A DNA stretch of 64,000 nt from Bacteriovoracia bacterium. GTDB taxonomy: Bacteria > Bdellovibrionota > UBA1018 > JBFWNL01. This document shows positions 18,037 to 29,100 of this stretch, piece by piece. The stretch is from positions 139,825 to 203,824 of the forward strand of contig JBFWNL010000001.1 of assembly GCA_050251055.1 (NCBI GenBank), given 5' to 3'. The notes below the pieces were generated by a model, which did not search any database, had not been told where the DNA came from, and saw only the letters and a list, made by a program, of their open reading frames with translations. Both the position numbers and the translations under genes were made by a program. Every line of letters begins with the position of its first letter. Position 1 is the stretch's first letter.

Positions 18037-19101
18037 ATGGCGGAGTTTTGGCGTTGGGTTGGGGTGGGGTTGCTCCTGACCAGCGGATGCACGGCGAAGT
18101 TCCAGTTTCCCGTTCGAGCGGTCTACTATTTGTTCGTGGGCTGTGAGGTGGGCGATCGCTTGGAAGTTTATTCGGTGAATCGCGACACGGGCGCGCTGAC
18201 GCTTGCGAGTTCGGTGTCCGGAGTCAAAGCGACCGGCATAGCCGTAGATTCCTCGCGCAAGGAGGTCTACGTCGCGGACGGGAACACGAACAATGTAAAT
18301 ATATACGACTTCGACGTGTTTACGGGCGCGCTGACGTCGAAGCTCAGCCTGGACGGGGCCGCCGGGCCGAAGTCCTTGTTGCTGGATGTCGAGCGGGCTC
18401 GACTTTTCGTGTTGAGTGATACCTCCGAGCGGCTCTCTTCTTTTCTCCGTGCCGGGGACAATTGGAATTTAGTTTCTTCCACGGCGGTCACGAACAACGA
18501 GCCCTCGCTGGCGCTTTCACCCGACGGGTACACCCTGGTGGCCTCCACGGGGGTTGGCCTCGCCAGCCTGCATGTGGACCATGATGGCAGCTTCGGGACG
18601 GTTCAAACCCAAACGATTGCTTCGGGATCAAGAAGCGTGGTCGTCCATCCTTCCGGGCGTTGGGCTTACCTTGCGTTGCATATCTCAAGCTTGGTGAAAG
18701 TCTATGAGATCAGCACGGACGGAAGCGGAACGTTGATCGATACGGGAGCGAGCGTGTCCGTGAGCAATCCGTTGCAGATGATCTTAGACGAAACCGCGCG
18801 GTACCTTTTAGTTTCGAGCCTCACCGGGCAAACCGTTCATCGGTTTGTTGTTGATGGGGATTCTGGTGGCCTGACGGCGGTCGGAAGTGCCGTTGCCGCC
18901 GGTGCGCCCCAGTACACAATCGCGGGGCTCGCGGGGTTTCCCTTCTTTTTCACGACGGGAAGGTCCATTTCAGCTATCCAGGCCTTCAGCTCGTTCGGCG
19001 ACGTCATGAATATGAGTTCCCAGGGATCGACGACTACCGCCGCGGCGGGCCCCGAAGCCATGGTGTTACGCCGTTTTGTTATACCCGTGACCGGCGATTG
19101 A
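18037..19101 (+). CDS. Lactonase-family beta-propeller lipoprotein
   Basis: Lipobox LTSGC; repeated TGALT, LSPDG and VHPSGRWAY blades. Confidence 0.8.
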   Translation: MAEFWRWVGVGLLLTSGCTAKFQFPVRAVYYLFVGCEVGDRLEVYSVNRDTGALTLASSVSGVKATGIAVDSSRKEVYVADGNTNNVNIYDFDVFTGALTSKLSLDGAAGPKSLLLDVERARLFVLSDTSERLSSFLRAGDNWNLVSSTAVTNNEPSLALSPDGYTLVASTGVGLASLHVDHDGSFGTVQTQTIASGSRSVVVHPSGRWAYLALHISSLVKVYEISTDGSGTLIDTGASVSVSNPLQMILDETARYLLVSSLTGQTVHRFVVDGDSGGLTAVGSAVAAGAPQYTIAGLAGFPFFFTTGRSISAIQAFSSFGDVMNMSSQGSTTTAAAGPEAMVLRRFVIPVTGD

Positions 19102-19116
19102 ATCCTTGAGTTCTTA

Positions 19117-20586
19117 CTAAGCCGCCGCCGGACGGCGCATGACCACCGCGGAACGACTCATCAGCGCGACGTATACGGCGCCCGACACCAAGAAGCCAAT
19201 AAACCAGGCGTAGTGGTAGAGGCCGGCGAGTGATCCCAGCGCGCTTTCGCGCTCGAGCGCACCGGTTTCCACCAAAAAGCCCGGGACGTTCGGCAGCACG
19301 CCGACAATGAGCGCCCACACTGCCTTTAGGTTGAAACCATTTCCATACCAATAGGGGCCACTGGGCGTGTAGAGGGCGCGGGCGTCGAGTTGTTTACGGC
19401 GAATAAAGAAGTAGTCGGCGATCATGATGCCGCCCACGGGACCCAGCAGGCTGGAATAAGCGATGAGCCATTTGAAGATGTAGCCTTGCGGATCGGCGAT
19501 GAGTTTCCAAGGGAAAATCAAAATGCCGATCACGCCGGTGATGTAACCCCCCATGCGAAAATCGATCTTTTCGGGCTTGAGGTTCGAGAAGTCGTTGGCG
19601 GGACTGACGATATTCGCCGCGATGTTCGTCGCCAGCGTCGAGATCGCTACCGCGATCATGGCCGCCGTTACGAGCAGCTTCGATTCCAGCATGCCCGCTA
19701 AGGCGACGGGATCCCAAATCGTTTTGCCGAAAACGATCGTCGTCGCGCTCGTGACGGCGACGCCGACGAAAGCGAACATCGTCATGGATGGCGGCAGGCC
19801 GATGGCTTGCCCGAGGACCTGTGCCCGCTGCGAGCGCGCGTAGCGCGTGAAGTCCGGGATGTTGAGCGATAGCGTCGCCCAGAATCCTACCATGCCAGTG
19901 AGAGCCGGGAAGAAATACGCCCAGAACTGCTCAGAGTTAGTGAACTTCGAGGGTTGGGCTAAAATCGGTCCGAGACCATGGCTCGCCGAGATCGCCCACA
20001 TGAGAAGCGCTAGCGCCGCCAACGGGAGGAAGATCGCCTTGAAAACGAGAAGCTTACGGATGCTCTCCACGCCCAGGTAAACGACCCACATGTTCAGCGC
20101 CCAGAACGCGAGGAAGGTGATGGCCGGGACGGTTTCCAGTCCCCAGGACTCCGGGAAGATGCGCGGCATTTCCGCTAAACCCGGGAACCAAACTTTGAGC
20201 ATCTGATAGAGGGCGAAGCCGCCAATCCAGGTTTGGATGCCGAACCACCCGCAGGCCACGATCGCGCGCAGAATCGCGGGGATATTCGCGCCGCGGATGC
20301 CGAAGCTCGAGCGGGCGAGCACCGGGAACGGAATGCCGTACTTCGCGCCGGCATGTCCGTTGAGCACCATCGGTACGAGCACGATGAGGTTGCCCAGGAA
20401 GATCGTGAAGATCGCCTGTTTCCAGTCCATGCCGCCGTCGATGAGGGAGCTTGCGAGCATGTAGGTGGGGATACAAAGGCTCATGCTGATCCAGAGCGCC
20501 GCGAAATTCCACGTCCCCCAGGTGCGTTGGGTGGCCGGAATGGCCGCGAGATCTTCGTTAGTATAAGAGTTGGAGTTTTTTGCCAT
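19117..20586 (-). CDS. NCS1 family nucleobase:cation symporter
   Basis: GAKYGIPFPVLARSSFG, CGWFGIQTWIGG and LNIPDFTRYA; GGAGG RBS before ATG 20586. Confidence 0.95.
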   Translation of the reverse strand: MAKNSNSYTNEDLAAIPATQRTWGTWNFAALWISMSLCIPTYMLASSLIDGGMDWKQAIFTIFLGNLIVLVPMVLNGHAGAKYGIPFPVLARSSFGIRGANIPAILRAIVACGWFGIQTWIGGFALYQMLKVWFPGLAEMPRIFPESWGLETVPAITFLAFWALNMWVVYLGVESIRKLLVFKAIFLPLAALALLMWAISASHGLGPILAQPSKFTNSEQFWAYFFPALTGMVGFWATLSLNIPDFTRYARSQRAQVLGQAIGLPPSMTMFAFVGVAVTSATTIVFGKTIWDPVALAGMLESKLLVTAAMIAVAISTLATNIAANIVSPANDFSNLKPEKIDFRMGGYITGVIGILIFPWKLIADPQGYIFKWLIAYSSLLGPVGGIMIADYFFIRRKQLDARALYTPSGPYWYGNGFNLKAVWALIVGVLPNVPGFLVETGALERESALGSLAGLYHYAWFIGFLVSGAVYVALMSRSAVVMRRPAAA

Positions 20587-20753
20587 GGCTCCTCCTTTAA
20601 AGGGGAGTCCGGGCGAAGACAAGTGCGGTGGTTAGGATCTCGTTAGGGGGCTTTAGGCTTGAGTTAACCTGCTTAAATGATTGTCTTTTTATTATAACGC
20701 ATTGCGTGATTTTTGCGTTGCCTCGTGTCTTAGGGATCGGTAAAACCTCCAGC

Positions 20754-21152
20754 ATGAAAATGAAAATCTCGTTGGTTTTGGTACTGGCTCATCTGGCGGT
20801 AGGCGTGACGATGGCGCCGGCGGCAGAAACGCGCACGGCGACGCCCGAGGAACTCGCGCTGCTGACGGCAAATCCCTATTTCAAGGCGATCATCCAAACG
20901 ATCGAAGCGAACGAAAAGTCCCGCATCGAGGAAGGCGCCGACGCGCCGCTGGCGAAGTGTCAGAAAGCCGAAACTCGCTTGCTGCAGCTCAAGGCGCCCT
21001 ATGCGCACGCCCCGAATTATTTTGAGTTCACCTATGGAGCGGTTTGTACCATGAAGGCACGCGAATACATCGTGCTGAAAGTACAGGGAACGCTCTCTTC
21101 CGGGCAGCTGAATTTTCGCGGTTTGGAAGTCTCCTACGACGACGCTGGCTAA
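20754..21152 (+). CDS. Hypothetical secreted protein
   Basis: Signal peptide MKMKISLVLVLAHLAVGVTMAPAA; two Cys. Confidence 0.7.
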   Translation: MKMKISLVLVLAHLAVGVTMAPAAETRTATPEELALLTANPYFKAIIQTIEANEKSRIEEGADAPLAKCQKAETRLLQLKAPYAHAPNYFEFTYGAVCTMKAREYIVLKVQGTLSSGQLNFRGLEVSYDDAG

Positions 21153-21157
21153 GCGGC

Positions 21158-21958
21158 TCAGCGCGGATCGCTTTTGATTTTGCGACAGAGTTCGAGGGCG
21201 CCCTTCATCACGGCCGGAGGAATGTCCTTCTTGAAGTCGGCCTTAGCGAACTCGCTTGAGCTGAACGTCGAAATGATCCCCAGTAATAGCTGGGGTTCTT
21301 TGAAAATAACGACCTTATTGACGGGTTCACCTGACGTGGCTTCGACCAAATCCCCTTGAATCGCCTTGCGGGCGCGCTTGTTTTTCGCGTGTGGGGTATA
21401 AGTGAGCGTCGCTTCGTAGGCGCCTCGTTCGGTCGGCCCCACCTGCAAGTAGATGGTGTCGCCGTCTTTGCGGAACTCATGCGCGATCGCTAATCGCCGG
21501 CTATTGCGCCCGATCATGGCGTCGACGTATGCGAGCACGTCGTCTTGGTCTTCTACGTGGGTCGTGAGCGTCCAGTCGTCGCCTTTTTGAAAGGTATAGC
21601 CGATTTGATTCAAGGAACCGACGAGGCTATCTCGTTCGCGCGAATAGGAGTTTCGCGAGGAGAGGACATCGTACTGCACTTTCACGGGAATCCGGTGCTC
21701 CGGATCCAGGAGATAGCGGGAGATTTGATCTCCTTCACAGCCGCCGAGGTGCGGATTTTTCAAATACTCACGAAGGTTCGCTTCGAGATCGCCGAAAGAG
21801 AGGTTCACCCGGTAAAGATCGCCGAAGAAGAAGACGTTGCGCACCCAAGACCCGCTGAATGTCCATGTCGGCTCGGACCCTTGCCCGAGCGCGGAAGTAC
21901 TGAGAAGCGACAGTCCTAGGAGGAGGCCCAAATTTACCCGCATAACGCGGTTTGTCAT
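21158..21958 (-). CDS. Hypothetical secreted protein
   Basis: Signal peptide ending SALG; 266-aa ORF converging on the previous gene. Confidence 0.7.
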   Translation of the reverse strand: MTNRVMRVNLGLLLGLSLLSTSALGQGSEPTWTFSGSWVRNVFFFGDLYRVNLSFGDLEANLREYLKNPHLGGCEGDQISRYLLDPEHRIPVKVQYDVLSSRNSYSRERDSLVGSLNQIGYTFQKGDDWTLTTHVEDQDDVLAYVDAMIGRNSRRLAIAHEFRKDGDTIYLQVGPTERGAYEATLTYTPHAKNKRARKAIQGDLVEATSGEPVNKVVIFKEPQLLLGIISTFSSSEFAKADFKKDIPPAVMKGALELCRKIKSDPR

Positions 21959-22199
21959 ATCTGATTTCTCTGGTTTGGGGAAGGCGAGAGTGACTTATAA
22001 AAAAGGGCTTCGTGGATTATTTTAAGTAATTGTAACCAAAGTGTTTTTTTTTGCTCACGGGCGGGATTGCAGGCGAGGGGATTACAATGTGCCCGAAAAG
22101 GTTGCCGCACGAAAACATTGGATTTCGCGAAGCGTGCGGGAGGCGGTGTCGTAGACGATCACCCCCTGCCGAGTAGGTCGCTCTGTTGGAGAAGAAGTC

Positions 22200-22289
22200 T
22201 GGTGCCGAGGGCCGGAATTGAACCGGCACGAGTCTTTTGGACTCCCAGGATTTTAAGTCCTGTGCGTCTACCAATTTCGCCACCCCGGC
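22200..22289 (-). tRNA. tRNA-Leu (anticodon TAA)
   Basis: GCCGGGGTGGCGAAATTGGTAGACGC-ACAGGACT-TAA-AATCCTG, long variable arm, GGTTCAATTCC and encoded CCA. Confidence 0.96.
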
Positions 22290-22389
22290 ACGGAATGATT
22301 TCGGAGAGTGTTCTCACTTTATCCTTGGCGCTGGGCGGAAGTCTAGCGGGAAGCGGCTTCCGCGGGCCCGAATCCGCCCGGCGTGGATG

Positions 22390-22740
22390 CTAGTTTTGTG
22401 GCACGGGTGAGATGGGATACAGGTGCCCTGATCCCGGGACGGCCACGCAGTTCGCCTTAGCCCATACAAATATTTCGATGGCTTCGTCATGTCGTTGGTA
22501 ACATCTGCCGCGACACTCCAGATTGATGTTACCGCCGGGAGTCGAGTAGTCGTCACAGACGTGCACACAATCAAGCAACCGTATGAATGCGTTGTCTATG
22601 GCCTGTTGTACGAGATCAGGATCATAAATGCAGTCCCCGATTCCCGGGGAAGGTGGAGGGGGCGAGCTTTCGCTCGCCTGTAGCGAAACGGTGACTAGGC
22701 TAACGACGACTAGGAATGCGGAAACTGCTAATTTGTGCAT
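22390..22740 (-). CDS. Small secreted Cys-rich hypothetical protein
   Basis: AGGAG RBS, signal peptide, six Cys including two CxxxC pairs. Confidence 0.65.
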   Translation of the reverse strand: MHKLAVSAFLVVVSLVTVSLQASESSPPPPSPGIGDCIYDPDLVQQAIDNAFIRLLDCVHVCDDYSTPGGNINLECRGRCYQRHDEAIEIFVWAKANCVAVPGSGHLYPISPVPQN

Positions 22741-22842
22741 CTGGGATCTCCTTTTTTTTAGAGTAGCAGGTAGGTCGGAGAACGCGAGCAGAGGCCACGC
22801 ACGTGGAGCAAAGATGTTTTCGGGGTGTTTTCCTGGGGAGGG

Positions 22843-23721
22843 TCAGTTTCGCGACATGTGCTTTTGCACGACGGGCGCGAGGCGCTCCACGGCGGAATCC
22901 TTATTGAGAGCATAAAGGTGGATACCGTCCACGCCCTCGCGTGCCAGTTCCTCGATCTGATGGGCAGCATGGTCGAGGCCGAATTTTTCTTGATCCGCGT
23001 CCGACTTCCCGTAAAGGCCCTTCATGACCTTCGCGGGAATGGTGCAGCCGCACATGAGGGAGAATTTCGTCACCTGGCTGTAGTTGGAGATGGGGAGGAT
23101 GCCCGCGAGTAGCGGCGCGCGGATGCGGCGGCGCACGAGCTGATCGCGGAAGCGCAGGAAGTAGGTGTTATCGAGGAAGAACTGCGAGGCGATGAAATGC
23201 GCGCCTAAGTCGAGCTTCATGCGCAGATAATCCCAGTCCTGTTCCACGCTCGCCGCTTCGATGTGGCCCTCGGGGTAGCCCGCGCAGCCGATGCAGAAGT
23301 CGAACTCCTTCGCCGCGAGCGCGATGAGATCCGTCGCGTTTTGAAAGTCGGGAGAGGTGGTGGTGGCCGCGCCCGCGGCGGGCGGATCCCCGCGCAGCGC
23401 CATGAGGTTTTTTACGCCGGCCGCCCGCAGAGTTTTTAAAATGTCGCGAATCTCGGCCATTGTGTGATTGCGGGACGTGAGATGGGCCATGGCCGGGATT
23501 TTCGTATCGGTTTGCACGAACGAGCAAAGGCTGCGTGTCCGCTCTGGCATGCGATCGGCCATGCCCCCCGCCCCGTAAGTGACCGAAATAAAATCTGGAT
23601 TGTAGCGCGCGAACGAGCGCAGGCGCTCGTGTAGGGTCTTCACGCCGGCTTCAGTTTTAGGGGGGTAGATCTCGATCGAGAAGCTGCGTCCGCTCTTTAG
23701 GATTTCCGAGATGGGTTTCAT
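22843..23721 (-). CDS. metF: 5,10-methylenetetrahydrofolate reductase
   Basis: FSIEIYPPK, SVTYGAGG, MALRGDPP, GYPEGH and HLYALNK. Confidence 0.95.
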   Translation of the reverse strand: MKPISEILKSGRSFSIEIYPPKTEAGVKTLHERLRSFARYNPDFISVTYGAGGMADRMPERTRSLCSFVQTDTKIPAMAHLTSRNHTMAEIRDILKTLRAAGVKNLMALRGDPPAAGAATTTSPDFQNATDLIALAAKEFDFCIGCAGYPEGHIEAASVEQDWDYLRMKLDLGAHFIASQFFLDNTYFLRFRDQLVRRRIRAPLLAGILPISNYSQVTKFSLMCGCTIPAKVMKGLYGKSDADQEKFGLDHAAHQIEELAREGVDGIHLYALNKDSAVERLAPVVQKHMSRN

Positions 23722-25043
23722 TTGAAAGTCACCAGATGGTAGTTCTTCTTGCCTTTGCGGAGGACCACGAACTTGCCGGCGATGGTCATCGTGCTGGCCA
23801 CCACGGCGGCCGGATCATTCACTCGCGCGTTGTTGACGTAAATACCGCCCGCGAGGAGGTCTTTCTTGGCCGCGCCCTTGGAAGCGCAGAGTTTGGTGTC
23901 GACTAGTAAATCCACCAACGTCTTTTGGCCGAGTTCAGTGCGCGGAAGCGTGGTGGAGGGGGCCTCACCGAGTACGCTCAGGAGGCCCGCTTCATCCAGG
24001 TCCTTGATCTCTTCGCTGAAGAGCGCCTTGGACGCCACTTCGGCCTTGCGCACTTCTTCCGCCCCGTGAACGATTGCCGTCAATGCCTGGGCGAGCCGGT
24101 TCTGGGCCTGCCGCTTTTCGGGCTCCGACTTGAGCGATGCTTCGAGCGAGTCGAGTTCCGCCTTGCCCAGGAAGGTGAAATATTTCAGGAGCTGCATTAC
24201 GTCCGCGTCCGGGGTCTGCAGGAGAAACTGGTAAAATCGGTAAGGCGAGGTTTTCGCCGGATCGAGCCAGACCGCGCCCGATTCCGTCTTGCCGAACTTG
24301 GTGCCGTCGGACTTTGTGATGAGGGGGAAGGTGAGGCCGTACACCTCGGGATGCTTTCCAGCCCGCGCGCCCGCTTCGTCCGAGGCCGCGTGCATGCGGC
24401 GGATAAGCTCGCAGCCGGCGGTGATATTGCCCCACTGATCAGAGCCGCCGATTTGCAGGCGGCAGCCTTCCTCCCGGTTCAGGTAGTAAAAGTCGTACGC
24501 CTGCAGCAGCATGTAAGAAAACTCGGTGTACGAGATGCCGTGTTCCCGATCTTCGAGGCGCCCGCGCACGGATTCCTTCGTGAGCATGTGGTTAATCGTG
24601 AAGTGTTTGCCTACGTCGCGCAGGAAGTCGAGGTAGCTGAACCGCTGGCGCTTGCCATCGAACCATTCGGCGTTGTCCACGACGAGCGCCGGGTTGGGGC
24701 CATCAAGCTTAAGAATCGTGCGGATGGCCGCCGTGATCCCACGTAAATTGTGCGCCAGGGCGTCCTTCGTGAGCAGCGAGCGTTCGGCCGCCTTGAAACT
24801 CGGATCGCCGATCAGACCGGTAGCTCCACCTACGACGGCGATCACCCGGTGACCGGCGTCTTGAAAGCGGCGAAGCGTGAAAAGGGGGAGCAGGTGCCCG
24901 ATGTGCAGACTGTCGGCCGTGGGGTCAAATCCCGCGTAAACGGTAATTTTCTCGCGGGCCAGAACGCCACCTAGCTTCGGGTCGGTGGACTGCTTAATGA
25001 TGCCGCGCATTTCGAGGTCGGCAAACAAGCCAGGCTGGCTCAT
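23718..25043 (-). CDS. tyrS: Tyrosine--tRNA ligase
   Basis: GFDPTADSLHIGH, QIGGSDQWGNI, KFGKT and C-terminal S4 domain. Confidence 0.97.
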   Translation of the reverse strand: MSQPGLFADLEMRGIIKQSTDPKLGGVLAREKITVYAGFDPTADSLHIGHLLPLFTLRRFQDAGHRVIAVVGGATGLIGDPSFKAAERSLLTKDALAHNLRGITAAIRTILKLDGPNPALVVDNAEWFDGKRQRFSYLDFLRDVGKHFTINHMLTKESVRGRLEDREHGISYTEFSYMLLQAYDFYYLNREEGCRLQIGGSDQWGNITAGCELIRRMHAASDEAGARAGKHPEVYGLTFPLITKSDGTKFGKTESGAVWLDPAKTSPYRFYQFLLQTPDADVMQLLKYFTFLGKAELDSLEASLKSEPEKRQAQNRLAQALTAIVHGAEEVRKAEVASKALFSEEIKDLDEAGLLSVLGEAPSTTLPRTELGQKTLVDLLVDTKLCASKGAAKKDLLAGGIYVNNARVNDPAAVVASTMTIAGKFVVLRKGKKNYHLVTFK

Positions 25044-26182
25044 GCGACGGTGATCTCCTTCATGGAAATTTCCAGGAGGCTACGCAAGATGGACTCCGCA
25101 GCGGTCGTTCGGTGCATCGCTAGTCCGCAAGCGGGGGTATAAATCGCGTCTTTGAGCAGACGGGCGGCGAGCGCTTTCGGAAGTTTCTGGGTGAGGCGCG
25201 TGCGAAAAGCGAGGAGGCTCGCGTGCAGCTGTTCGGCGTGCATTTCCACCCCGGACTCGGTGGTATCGGCGGCGGGAAGATTGGTCGAGATCAGCCCCAG
25301 CGCCATGCGTCCGCCCTTATGAATGAAGGCCTCGAGCGCGTCGGGCGCTTCGAATAAAAGCTCCATGGAGAGCCCCGTGTCGAGCGAAACCACGTCTAGA
25401 CCCAGGCCCAGAATCGCGCGCCAATCGGTGTTGCTGCAGCAGTGCAAACCGATCAAAGCTTGCTCCTTCTTCAATGTTTGAATCGTGAGCTTCAGCTCCT
25501 GCAGTCCCAAGATGTGGCGGGGGTTCTCGGCGCTCAGCACGGATAGCCCAGGCTCGTCGAGCACCATGAGCGGCGTCACGCCTTCGGCCCGTAGTCGGCG
25601 GATCATGGCGATGCTTTTAGCGAGAACGAGGCGAAAAATCTGGCTCGTGACTTCGGGATTCGTTTCAGCCGCATTCCCGTCGTTGAGTTTCAGCGACCAT
25701 TGGCAGGTGAGGGGACCCGCGATCTGAATCTTAGCGAACTTGATTTTGCGCTCGCCGAGCTCATAGAGAAAGGGCTTCCACGCGCTGTAAGCAGAAGCAT
25801 TGGGTTCGAACGCTTCGAATGCCTGGGGACTTGCTCCGGCGGCAAATGCTTCCGTGAGCTTTTTCTCCAGCAAGTGGGTTTGGCTTGACCACGCGTTGAG
25901 GTTCAAACTCGCCAGGCCCTTTTCAAGTTGCTGAAGGCCGGGCATCCCGTCGAGGGCCTGGAAGATCATGTACTCGTTCGGGTTGCGAATGGGGATTTGC
26001 GGCAAGAAGGGGATGCTGGGTTTCAGCGCGTACTCCAGGGCCGCGTCCACGTTATGGTGGGGCAGGCTCCCAATCCCGGTCGTAAGTATGCCCGCCGGCG
26101 CCTGCGACCAGTGGTTCGTTTTGCCGCCCTTGGCGACGCCGGGAATTCCGGTAGGGTCCATCGAAGTGGCGGACGCGGACAT
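25040..26182 (-). CDS. MetE C-terminal-like core methionine synthase (MesB-like)
   Basis: TTGIGSLPH, PFLPQIP, KIQIAGPLT, LDEPGL, GLHCC and TPACGL motifs. Confidence 0.75.
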   Translation of the reverse strand: MSASATSMDPTGIPGVAKGGKTNHWSQAPAGILTTGIGSLPHHNVDAALEYALKPSIPFLPQIPIRNPNEYMIFQALDGMPGLQQLEKGLASLNLNAWSSQTHLLEKKLTEAFAAGASPQAFEAFEPNASAYSAWKPFLYELGERKIKFAKIQIAGPLTCQWSLKLNDGNAAETNPEVTSQIFRLVLAKSIAMIRRLRAEGVTPLMVLDEPGLSVLSAENPRHILGLQELKLTIQTLKKEQALIGLHCCSNTDWRAILGLGLDVVSLDTGLSMELLFEAPDALEAFIHKGGRMALGLISTNLPAADTTESGVEMHAEQLHASLLAFRTRLTQKLPKALAARLLKDAIYTPACGLAMHRTTAAESILRSLLEISMKEITVA

Positions 26183-26183
26183 C

Positions 26184-29100
26184 TTAGAGCCCCCTCTGCG
26201 AATCGACCGCATCACCCACCGAGAAGTACGTAGCGTCGGGGTGGTGGAAAGCGACGGCGCTGACGCTCGCCTCCGGGTCCATCATGAAGCCTTCGGTGAG
26301 CTGGATGCCGATTTCTTCAGGGCGCAGCAGCTCCCAGAGCTTGGCCTGGTCCTCGAGGGCCGGACAGGCAGGGTAGCCGAAGGAATAGCGTTTGCCGCGG
26401 TACTTGGCCTGAAAACGTTGCATCATCGTGGTGTCGGGGGCGTCCGGGAAGCCCCAGATCTTGCGCAGCTGCGAGTGCAAAAGCTCCGCGTAGGCTTCGG
26501 CGCTCTCGAGTGCCAACGCCTGGATGATGTGGGAGCGCAGATAGTCACCGCGCTGCTTGAAAGTTTCGGCAAGCTCACGGATGCCCTTGCCCACCGTTAC
26601 CGCGAAGAAGGCCACGTTGTCGGGGGTTTGGCCAGCTCGCGTGCCTTTGGGCGCGACGTAATCGGAGAGGCAAAGGCCGTTCTCCTTAGCCTGACGCGGA
26701 AACTGGAATGTGACCATGCGGGCAGAGCCATTGCTGCCGAGATGTACGTGCAGGGAGTTGCCCTCGCTCTCGGCCCGGAAAAATTGGAAGACGGCGCGCG
26801 GGCTCAATACTTCCGTGTTGCGGTACTCTTCTTTCACCTCTTGGACGGTTCGGAAGATTTGGAGCGCTTTCGGGTTGTCGCTCTCTAACTCGCGCAGAAC
26901 TTTAAGGTCTTTTTGTGCGCGCTCGAGTTTGCGCACTAATCCCCCGTTCAGGCCCAGGTGGCGGCCAAAAAGCATGAGGGGGTTAATGTACGGCCAGATC
27001 TGCTCGATCGGGGTGTTTTTAATCAGGTGGCGTTCGTAGTCCGAAGGCTGCGGAATCTCCGCCAGTACCGAAATCGTGCTTGAACGTTGATTCGATGGAC
27101 CCACGCTGGGCTTTTGGCTCACGGGTTTAGCGTTCGCCGTTTCGGAAGCCGCGCGTTTGCGCTCGAGCTCCTCGCGAAAACCGGCGAACTTGTCGGGATC
27201 GACGATGACTTTGGCGAGTTCAAGCCCGTGCATCGCGTCCGAGGCGTAGGCAACGGTACCGCCGGTGTACGCCTTGGCGATGCGTTTGTCGACGAAGCTC
27301 GAGGTGAGGGCCGCTCCGCCCACGAGCATGGGCGTGGCGACGCCGGCCTTGGAAAAGTCGTCGGCGGTGATGACCATCTGCTGGGCCGACTTCACGAGCA
27401 AGCCCGAAAGGCCGACGATGTCGGGATTATGCTCGCGGATAGCGCTGATGAGCTGTTCGGGCGGAATCTTGATGCCCAGATTAATCACATTGAAGCCGTT
27501 GTTGGAGAGGATGATTTCGACCAAGTTCTTGCCGATGTCGTGCACGTCGCCCTTCACGGTGGCGAGCAGGATTTTACCCCGCGCGGCCGTCTGCGACTTC
27601 TCCATTTTGGGCTCGAGATGCGCGACGGCGGCCTTCATGGCTTCGGCTGACTGCAGAACTTCGGCCACGATGAGTTTGTTGTCGTTGAACAAACGCCCCA
27701 CCTCGTCCATACCCGTCATGAGGGGACCGTTGATAATCTCGAGGGGAGCCCGGGTCTGGAGGGCCTCTTCTAGGTCTTCCACCAATCCGTCACGGGATCC
27801 TTCGACGATGTAGCTAGCCAGACGCTGGTCCAAGGGAAGGAGCGATTTTTCGATCTTCGCTTGCACCTTGCGCTCACGGAAATGGGCGGCGAAGGCGGCG
27901 ATCGGGTCGCCATTTTCGGTGCGGTTATAGAGTAGGTCTTCGGCGAGCTTTCGCTCTTCGTCGGGGATCGAGGCGTAGCGCTCGAGCTTCTCGGAGTTCA
28001 CGATCGCCAGGTCCAATCCCGCCTGCACGCAGTGGTAGAGGAATACGGAATTGAGCACTTCGCGGCCGGCGTTCGGGAGCCCGAAGCTGACGTTGGAAAT
28101 GCCCAGCACCGTCTTGGTGCGCGGGAACTTCTCCTTGATGAGGCGAATGCCTTCGATTGTCTCGACGGCCGAGCCGACGTACTGGGCGTCGCCCGTAGCA
28201 CAGGGGAACACGAGCGGATCCCAGTAGATGTCTTCGGGCTCCACGCCATATTTTTCGGTCAAAAGCTGGTACGAGCGCTCCGCGATGGCGAGCTTGCGCA
28301 CACGGGTGACGCCCATGCCTTGCTGGGGGTCGTCGTCGATCGTGCCCACGACGAGCGCGGCGCCGAAACGGTTGGCGATCGGGCAAACCTTCTCAAAGCG
28401 CTCCTCGCCATCCTCGAGGTTCACGGAGTTGATGATCGCTTTACCCTGCGAATACGTGAGCGCCATCTCGATGACCTTTTCGTCGGTCGAGTCGATCATC
28501 AGTGGTACGCGCACCTTTTTGACGGTCACGTCCAGGAACTTGCGCATATCCGACAGCTCGTCGCGATCGGGATTGGCGAGGCAGATGTCGATGATCTGCG
28601 CGCCTTTTTTGATCTGCGCGCGCGCAATTTCCGAGGCATCCTCAAACTTTTCGTCCTTGATGAGGTCTTTGAACTTTTTGCTGCCGATGACGTTCGTGCG
28701 CTCGCCCACGATGACGGGGCGGATGTCGTCGGTAACCTCCAGGAAGTCGACGCCGGAGAGGAAGTTGCGCTTTTCGACGGCGGCTTGACGAGCTTTCGCG
28801 TGGGAGGCGGCTTCGGCCAACGCCTTGATGTGTCCGGGCTCGGTGCCGCAGCACCCTCCGACGACGTTGATCCAACCGTTCGCCATGAAGCGCGACACGA
28901 CGTTAGCCACCATGGCCGGAGTTTCGAGATACTTGCCGTCTTCGTCGGGCAGTCCCGCGTTCGGCACGCAGGAAATGGGAAATCGAGAGAGGCCCGCGAG
29001 CGAGCGAATGTGGTCCGTCATGAACTCGGGACCGGTGGCGCAGTTCAATCCAATGTACAAAAGATCGCGGTGCGCGAGTGCGGCGAGGAGCGCCTCGACC

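Noticed and set aside
22020-22199. Structured RNA or attachment site downstream of tRNA-Leu
   Set aside because: Only short stems (CCGCACG/CGTGCGG) and a GGGATTRCA pair; no family match, no duplicated tRNA 3' end noticed, no integrase
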